Assembly (NCBI GenBank): GCA_963650805.1
Contig: CAVJMG010000001.1
Location: forward strand, 334,554 to 398,553
Reading direction: 5' to 3'
Source: an uncultured Bacteroidales bacterium
GTDB lineage: Bacteria > Bacillota_I > Bacilli_A > RFN20 > CAG-826
DNA length: 64,000 bases
Below the pieces are notes generated by a model. It saw nothing but the letters and a program-made list of their open reading frames with translations. It did not search any database and was not told the DNA's origin. This document shows, piece by piece, positions 58,123 to 64,000 of this stretch; within the stretch, counting starts at the first letter, position 1, and each line of letters begins with the position of its first letter. The translations under genes and the position numbers were made by a program.

Positions 58123-59493
58123 ATGGAACTTAAAAGAAAGATATATTCAAAATTGTTGCAATGGAAGCAAGGGAAGACGAAGTCCGCGGTGATGATAGAA
58201 GGCGCTAGGCGCATCGGAAAATCAACGATTGCCAAGCGATTCGGCCAAGAAAACTACAAATCATTCGTTATCATTGATTTCGCTAAAGTCAACAAACGCA
58301 TCAAAGACAACTTCGACAACCTCGACAATCTCGATATTTTCTTCCAAAACATATCGCTTGAGTTCAATACCCGTCTCTACCCCCACGAATCGCTAATTAT
58401 ATTTGACGAAGTCCAAAAGTTCCCTAGAGCAAGGGAGGCCATTAAATATCTCGTTGAAGACGGAAGATATGACTTCATCGAAACGGGATCCCTGATTTCA
58501 ATCAAAGAAAGCACCGAGGGCATCCTCATTCCATCCGAGGAGCTGAAATTGAAAATGCATCCCCTCGATTTCGAGGAATTCCTTTGGGCTGCCGGAGAAG
58601 AGGTTCTCATTGATTACATTCTCGGCTGCATCAAATCCAAAACCTCTCTAGACGAAGATTATCATCGGAAGGCTATGCGCTTATTCAAAGAATATATGCT
58701 CGTAGGCGGCATGCCGCAAAGCGTGGTTGCCTATTTTGAAAATGGGCGCGACTTCTTTGAAGCCGATAAAGCGAAAAGGCTCATTCTTTCCCTTTACAAA
58801 GACGACATCGCGAAAGCCAACGCCAAATGCAGCATGAGGGTGTCCTCCCTTTTTGAAAACATCCCATCCTTCCTATCGAAGCACGAGAAAAGAATCACGT
58901 TCTCGACCCTTGAAGAAGGCGCGACTTCAAAGCAATACGCCGATCCTCTATTCTGGCTTGAAGACTCGATGATTTGCAACAACTGCTACAAATGCAATGA
59001 CCCAAACGTCGGCTTCTCGCTGAATAAAGACGATTCTCAAGTCAAATGCTATATGGGGGATACAGGATTGCTTTTAAGCCTCGCTTTCAATGAGAACAAA
59101 CTCCTCAGCGAAAACATCTACAAAGACATCATGAACGACAAACTGGCGATTAACCAAGGCATGCTTTATGAAAACGCGATTGCTCAGATGATCGTCTCTA
59201 TGGGGAGAAGGCTATATTTCTACAATCACTTTTCGCCCGAGAAAAAACGCAATGACATCGAAATCGACTTCCTCATTTCAAATAGCAACCAAACGCGGGC
59301 GAAGATTTACCCCATCGAAGTCAAATCGTCTAAAAATTACACCAACGTTTCCTTTGATAAATTCAGGGCCAAATTCAAAAGCCGCATCGACTTTGGCTAC
59401 ATTGTTCACCCAAAGCCCTTCTGTTTGGGCGAAGGCGTGATTAAAGCGCCTCCGTATATGTTTTATTTCATGCTAAAAGATGAGCGAACTTAA
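58123..59493 (+). CDS. AAA+ ATPase with DUF4143
   Basis: VMIEGARRIGKSTIAKRFG Walker A. 456 aa. Confidence 0.8.
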   Translation: MELKRKIYSKLLQWKQGKTKSAVMIEGARRIGKSTIAKRFGQENYKSFVIIDFAKVNKRIKDNFDNLDNLDIFFQNISLEFNTRLYPHESLIIFDEVQKFPRAREAIKYLVEDGRYDFIETGSLISIKESTEGILIPSEELKLKMHPLDFEEFLWAAGEEVLIDYILGCIKSKTSLDEDYHRKAMRLFKEYMLVGGMPQSVVAYFENGRDFFEADKAKRLILSLYKDDIAKANAKCSMRVSSLFENIPSFLSKHEKRITFSTLEEGATSKQYADPLFWLEDSMICNNCYKCNDPNVGFSLNKDDSQVKCYMGDTGLLLSLAFNENKLLSENIYKDIMNDKLAINQGMLYENAIAQMIVSMGRRLYFYNHFSPEKKRNDIEIDFLISNSNQTRAKIYPIEVKSSKNYTNVSFDKFRAKFKSRIDFGYIVHPKPFCLGEGVIKAPPYMFYFMLKDERT

Positions 59494-59559
59494 AGCGCTT
59501 TAAGCCCCTCCTTCCGCCTAAATGCGTTATCATCTTCACGAAAAAAGGAGACACCTCTC

Positions 59560-60096
59560 ATGAAATTCCTCATCGGCTCAGACATCCACGGTTCCCTATA
59601 TTACGCGCAGAAGTTCTTCGCCAAAGACGAAGCCCTTCAAAGCGACCGCATCATCGTCTTGGGGGACTTCTTCTATAACGGGGCTAGGAACAACCCCCCG
59701 AAGGAATACAGCCCCAAAGACGTCTCCGCTTTGGTCAATTCCTACGCGCATAAGCTCATCGCCATCAAAGGCAACTGCGACTCGGAAGTCGATCAGATGG
59801 TCGCCGAATTCCTCTTTTGCCAGGTCGCGACCATATTCGCCTTTAACAAAACCATCTCGTTGACCCATGGCCATAAATACAGTTTCGACAACCTTCCCAA
59901 GAATCCCGGGGACATCTTCTTCCAAGGCCACACCCACATCGGGGTGCTTGAGAAGAAAGGCGATTTGATTTTGGCTAACCCCGGATCCATCTCCCTTCCC
60001 AAAGACGACCACCACTCCTACATGGTCATGGACGAAAAAGGAATCACCCTCTTCGACTTAGAGAGCGATTCCGTCTTAAAGCATCTTGATTTCTAA
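59560..60096 (+). CDS. Metallophosphoesterase (YfcE-like phosphodiesterase)
   Basis: MKFLIGSDIHGS… GDFFYNG … GNCD … THGH … GHTH motifs. Confidence 0.75.
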   Translation: MKFLIGSDIHGSLYYAQKFFAKDEALQSDRIIVLGDFFYNGARNNPPKEYSPKDVSALVNSYAHKLIAIKGNCDSEVDQMVAEFLFCQVATIFAFNKTISLTHGHKYSFDNLPKNPGDIFFQGHTHIGVLEKKGDLILANPGSISLPKDDHHSYMVMDEKGITLFDLESDSVLKHLDF

Positions 60097-60097
60097 T

Positions 60098-60763
60098 TCA
60101 GAGATCGATTTTCTCGAACTTCTTCTTCGAGGCTTTAAACGCGCATAGATTGAACAAGAAGAAACAAGCAATTCCCACGAGCAGTATGCCTAATTGAGCC
60201 CACAAACCCGGCCCAGAATAGGAATTGATGAATGTTGCCGCGTCAGGAATCCCCATGAACAAGCCGGCGCATACCCCATAGAAAGAGAGCGCGCAGAAAT
60301 ACGCCAAAAGGCTGGCGAACACGTTTTTGGTGTCCGGAGATTTGTAATAACGAGGGAAATAGATGAGGTTGAATATCCCAAAGCCGATCAAGACGATGCC
60401 ATACATCGCCACATTGACCCCAAGCTCCGCATAATAGGAATCCGCAGGGACCATGGGGGATAAAACGAGATTCCTCACCACCCCAAAGGGAATGGAAACA
60501 GCAATGCAAAGCAGCTCTAAGAAGCAAAGCAATAAAACCTTCCCTAAGACCACCTTGCTCTTATCGATGGGCAAGGTGCCGGTATAGAGGAGATCCCTAT
60601 TGGCCAAGGCGACCGGGAAAACGGATAAAAAGCCCGACAAGGGATAAATGAACGCGACTAAGGAAGGCCACGTGGGGATAGCAATGAGGCAGGTCAAAAA
60701 CACGAATATCCAGACTTGGGGAGGAATGCAGAGCTTGATTTCCTTATAGAGGAGATTCTTCAT
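60098..60763 (-). CDS. ABC-2-type transporter permease
   Basis: 221-aa protein with six transmembrane helices, overlapping the upstream ATPase gene. Confidence 0.6.
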   Translation of the reverse strand: MKNLLYKEIKLCIPPQVWIFVFLTCLIAIPTWPSLVAFIYPLSGFLSVFPVALANRDLLYTGTLPIDKSKVVLGKVLLLCFLELLCIAVSIPFGVVRNLVLSPMVPADSYYAELGVNVAMYGIVLIGFGIFNLIYFPRYYKSPDTKNVFASLLAYFCALSFYGVCAGLFMGIPDAATFINSYSGPGLWAQLGILLVGIACFFLFNLCAFKASKKKFEKIDL

Positions 60764-61628
60764 CTTCGTTGCCCCTTTCTATGCTGAGCATGATTTCTTC
60801 TAGGCTTGCTTGGGAGCTTTCCTTTTCGAAGGAATGGGCGTCCTCTTTTTTGATGACCCCTTCATAACGTCCTTGATGAACCCTTAGATGCGAGATCAAA
60901 GGGGATTTGGTAGGCGCTAAGGAGCTCTCCTCCCCTTCAACGTGTAGATAGCCTGATTTGAATGCTTCCATTTCTCCAGAGAATACGATTTTGCCTTTTT
61001 GGATGTAGGTGATATCGTCGGAGACCTTCTCCAAATCGGAGATGACATGCGTGGAGAAGAGGATAGCGACGTCCTTTTTATCCGCGAGCTTCCTTAGGCA
61101 ATCAAGCAATTCATCCCTGCTCACCGGATCTAATCCCGAAGTGGGCTCATCTAGCAGCAGCAGTTTAGCCCCATGGCTTAAAGCAATCGATAAGCCGTAT
61201 TTCACCTTCATCCCGTTGCTTAGCTCCCGGATTTTCTTCTTTTCGTCGATTCCAAAGAAATGGAGCCATTTTTGATAGAGATCTTGGTCCCAGTTGGAAT
61301 AGAAACGCCTGGTAACCGAGGTTAAGGTGGAAACTTTCTGGGAGGGATAGAAATCGATTCCCCCGAATAGCAAACCGACGTCTTCCTTGAATTTGGGGTC
61401 CTTATTCGAGGGCGCCCCGTTGTAGAGGATTTCTCCCCCATCGGGTTTAACGAGGCCATAGATGGCTTTTAGGGTCGTCGTCTTGCCCGCGCCGTTCCTG
61501 CCGATGAAGCCCATGATCCTCCCGGGGGTCAATGAAAAGGTCGCCTGTTCCAAAGAGAATGAGGGGTAATGCTTGCTGACGTCTATTAGCTCTAGGATCT
61601 TGCTAGGCATGGGCGTCCTCCGTTTCAA
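60744..61628 (-). CDS. ABC transporter ATP-binding protein
   Basis: GFIGRNGAGKTT Walker A and LSNGMKVKYGLSIALS signature. The true start may be the MPSK codon at 61610. Confidence 0.75.
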   Translation of the reverse strand: MKRRTPMPSKILELIDVSKHYPSFSLEQATFSLTPGRIMGFIGRNGAGKTTTLKAIYGLVKPDGGEILYNGAPSNKDPKFKEDVGLLFGGIDFYPSQKVSTLTSVTRRFYSNWDQDLYQKWLHFFGIDEKKKIRELSNGMKVKYGLSIALSHGAKLLLLDEPTSGLDPVSRDELLDCLRKLADKKDVAILFSTHVISDLEKVSDDITYIQKGKIVFSGEMEAFKSGYLHVEGEESSLAPTKSPLISHLRVHQGRYEGVIKKEDAHSFEKESSQASLEEIMLSIERGNEDEESPL

Positions 61629-61815
61629 GGGCCTGGCTCACGAAATCGCTTTTGACGATGGCTATCCCCTTCTTTTTGTCGGCGAGCAAAAACACTTGGT
61701 CGCCAGCGGAGATGCCAAACATCTCCCGTATTTCGGCGGGAATCACGATTTGGCCTTTAGCACCCACATTGGCGATGCCGATGAATTTATCTTTCTTACT
61801 TTTCATACTATTCAT
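61603..61815 (-). CDS. AbrB/MazE/SpoVT-family DNA-binding protein
   Basis: …GIANVGAKGQIVIPAEIREMFGISAGDQVFL… swapped-hairpin β-barrel signature. It sits upstream of the ABC genes. Confidence 0.6.
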   Translation of the reverse strand: MNSMKSKKDKFIGIANVGAKGQIVIPAEIREMFGISAGDQVFLLADKKKGIAIVKSDFVSQALETEDAHA

Positions 61816-62015
61816 ACTTTAAACCGATGGCTATAAGAGGTCAACCGACGCCCAAAAGAAAAGCGCCAGAACCCGATGGAGGATTCCAGCGCTTTGCTAT
61901 GGATTTAGACTTAGGCTTCGGCTTTGACGACGGTGTACCGGGCGGCGCCTTAGGAGCAACAGTCAAATCATTGTTTCCTGCGACATTTCTTGTGACATTT
62001 GATGCAATTTAACTG

Positions 62016-63384
62016 AGGATACGATCAAAATGAATTTGGGTAATGAATCCGAAATCAAAGAATTCAAAGAGACGACATCCGAACTCGAAGAAGCGCTCAT
62101 TGATATACAGCGATTTTAAACAAGCACGGCCATGGCGATCTTTATTTCGGAGTAAAAGATAACGGCGATATTAAGGGGATGCAAATCGGCAAAGAGACGA
62201 AGCGAGATATTTCGAGAAGAATATATGAGAAAATAAAACCTCAGATTTATCCGATTATCGAAGAACTAAATGACGACGGAAGCAAATACATTCACATCCA
62301 ATTTAATGGCATATCGAAGCCCTATTCATGTGACGGCAAATATTACATACGCGTAATTGATGAAAGCAGAGAATTATCCCCGCTCGATTTAACCAATTTC
62401 ATCCTAAATACGAATTACAAAAAATGGGAGCAATTGATTTCCGACTGCGGCATTGATGACATAGATGTCAATACGCTAAAAACCTTTTATAAAAAAGCCA
62501 TCAAAATCAAGAGACTGCCGGAAATTGAGTTTGACGAAACACTTTTACTTAATAAATTAGGTCTCCTCTATGACGACAACATTCATTTGAACAACGCCGG
62601 AAAAATGCTTTTCTCAAACAAAAAGCCAATCATTTTAAAAATGGCAGTTTTCGCGACGAATGAGAAAAAGACGTTTATAGACATATGAATCAAATTGAAG
62701 GCAATATTTTTCAGCTCATAGATGAGGCTGAGCAATATGTAAAGAAGAATATCAATTGGGGCGTTGAGATTGCTGGGTTTGAAAGAATCGAGAAACCGGA
62801 AATTCCTATAGAGGCCTTAAGAGAAATCATAGTAAATTCGTTTGCACACGCGAATTACATTGGGACCAGCAGACACGAAATAGATATTCACCCAGGCAGA
62901 ATATCCATCTATAATCCGGGCAGCTTTCCCGACGGCCTCACGCCAGAAGATTTTAGAGCAAGGAACATTTCATCTAGAATCAGAAACGAAATAATATGCA
63001 ACGTATTGTTTCGATGCGGAGAAGTCGAATCCTGGTCCACGGGGCTTAGAAAAGTCTTTGATTTGTGTGAAGAGGATCATGTCAAAATTTCCTATGAAAA
63101 AGAATATGATGGTTTTTGGTTCTTTTTTATCAGGAATGACACAAGAAATGTCACAGAAAACGTCACAAGAAATTCTTCGATTAACGATTTGACTGAACTT
63201 GAAAAAACAAATCTTTGCAGAAATTCAAAAGAACCCGAAAACAAATCGCGATTTACTATCTCAAATCACAGGCAGAACGTCCAGACATATTCAAAGAGCG
63301 TTAGATGTTCTCAAATCAAAACATTTAATAGAAAGAGTCGGCCCTACAAAGGGTGGATATTGGAAAGCAAATCATCAAGATTGA
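62016..63384 (+). pseudogene. Second AlbA_2/HATPase_c_4/wHTH-type regulator, broken into at least four ORFs by frameshifts
   Basis: MNLGNESEIKEFKETTSELEEALIDI|(shift)LNKHGHGDLYFGVKDNGDIKG…. The HATPase_c_4-like middle follows. The C-terminal piece ends …LKSKHLIERVGPTKGGYWKANHQD. Confidence 0.5.
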
Positions 63385-63619
63385 TGTTTTTATTCACGGA
63401 GCAACAACTTCAGACGCACTTTGATTGAGTTCGCCCCATAAAATCGTTTCTTTAGAAAGAGAAACATATGCCAGTTTTGGTTTGAATATTAAAGGGCGTT
63501 CGTTTCGAAACGGCGTAGAAAGCCTACATTTCTCGCAAACCCTAAAATTTGTTTTTGCCTTAGAAAAAGGCCACCATCATACAGGCAGCCTTTCGTTGCT
63601 TTTGAAATTTCCGTCAATT

Positions 63620-64000
63620 CTATTTGCTAAGGATCTTGATGTATTTCGCTGGCACCTTATCGCATAGCCACACCTTGTCGTTTCCGATATAGAATTCAAC
63701 CCCGTCGTTTGAGGCGGATTTTGCATCGATTTCAAGAATCGCCGGATTCGCATCTCTTCTTTTGCCAACAAGATTAGCCACATCCGTATCAACGCTAAGA
63801 TGGACATACTGCCTCTCCATTGGAAGAAGGCCGTCTTTCATAATCGAGTCCAAGAATCTCTTGGCGGTCCCATGATAAAGGACGTCTGGCGGAATACCAG
63901 GCGTCTTCTCAATCTTTATCGGAGTCGAGTGCCCATACAGGGCCCTTATTTTGTCTCCGACAATCTCATGCCTTTTCTTATCGGAATGCTTAACTATGTA
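63620..64000 (-). CDS. kptA: RNA 2'-phosphotransferase (Tpt1/KptA); the N-terminus lies beyond the window end
   Basis: …GHSTPIKIEKTPGIPPDVLYHGTAKRFLDSIMKDGLLPMERQYVHLS… in the frame that is open to nt 64000. Confidence 0.75.
   Translation of the reverse strand, partial: YIVKHSDKKRHEIVGDKIRALYGHSTPIKIEKTPGIPPDVLYHGTAKRFLDSIMKDGLLPMERQYVHLSVDTDVANLVGKRRDANPAILEIDAKSASNDGVEFYIGNDKVWLCDKVPAKYIKILSK

Noticed and set aside
1-64000. rRNA, tRNA or tmRNA genes
   Set aside because: No cloverleaf-like or conserved rRNA sequence blocks were recognised by eye. This cannot be fully excluded without tRNAscan/Infernal.

Overview
This 64-kb window is an accessory, cell-surface–focused region of what looks like a Gram-positive Firmicutes (Clostridia-like) chromosome. 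The Firmicutes call rests on teichoic-acid-type tagD/tagF/tarI genes, an AbrB/SpoVT regulator, a SipW-type signal peptidase and TasA-like proteins. No rRNA, tRNA or CRISPR array was found.

Layout:
- 1–22.4 kb: a mostly minus-strand polysaccharide locus. It carries a Wzx flippase, GT2, GT4 and GT26 transferases, a Wzy-like polymerase, three tandem hexapeptide acetyltransferases, fcl, gmd, manC and an initiating sugar transferase. It is interrupted at 2.5–8.3 kb by a defence islet (HEPN-like / GmrSD DUF262-DUF1524 / HEPN-like) together with IS30 and IS3 remnants.
- 22.4–24.2 kb: a divergent control region containing a (TA)10 tract and an acyltransferase-3 gene broken by an in-frame TGA.
- 24.2–38.6 kb: a second glycan locus with a second Wzx, TagF-like, tagD, GT2, a Wzy/ligase-like protein, three GT4, an SDR, a TarI/IspD-like cytidylyltransferase and a Ugd that carries an N-terminal XRE helix-turn-helix.
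- 38.9–41.4 kb: a putative DUF3791/DUF3990 gene pair and the first of four DUF4143 AAA+ ATPases.
- 41.8–49.2 kb: the most striking feature. An eight-gene plus-strand operon encodes four paralogous TasA/camelysin-like proteins with SipW-cognate signal peptides. Two of them carry large C-terminal passengers (parallel β-helix-like repeats, one also with GLUG repeats). Three further genes are an acidic-linker cytoplasmic protein, a small membrane-anchored protein and a tiny membrane protein. The operon ends in a SipW-type signal peptidase I.
- 49.4–64 kb: two degraded AlbA_2/HATPase_c_4/wHTH regulator genes and three more DUF4143 ATPases. Most of the ATPases are preceded by short tandem direct-repeat arrays. 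Also here are an isolated capF-capG pair, a MATE exporter, a metallophosphoesterase, an AbrB–ABC-2 transporter module and a partial kptA.

Recurring themes are homopolymer-associated frameshifts in surface-glycan genes (G8 in an acetyltransferase, A7 in a GT2), which suggests phase variation or homopolymer sequencing error, and iteron-like repeat arrays next to paralogous ATPase genes.
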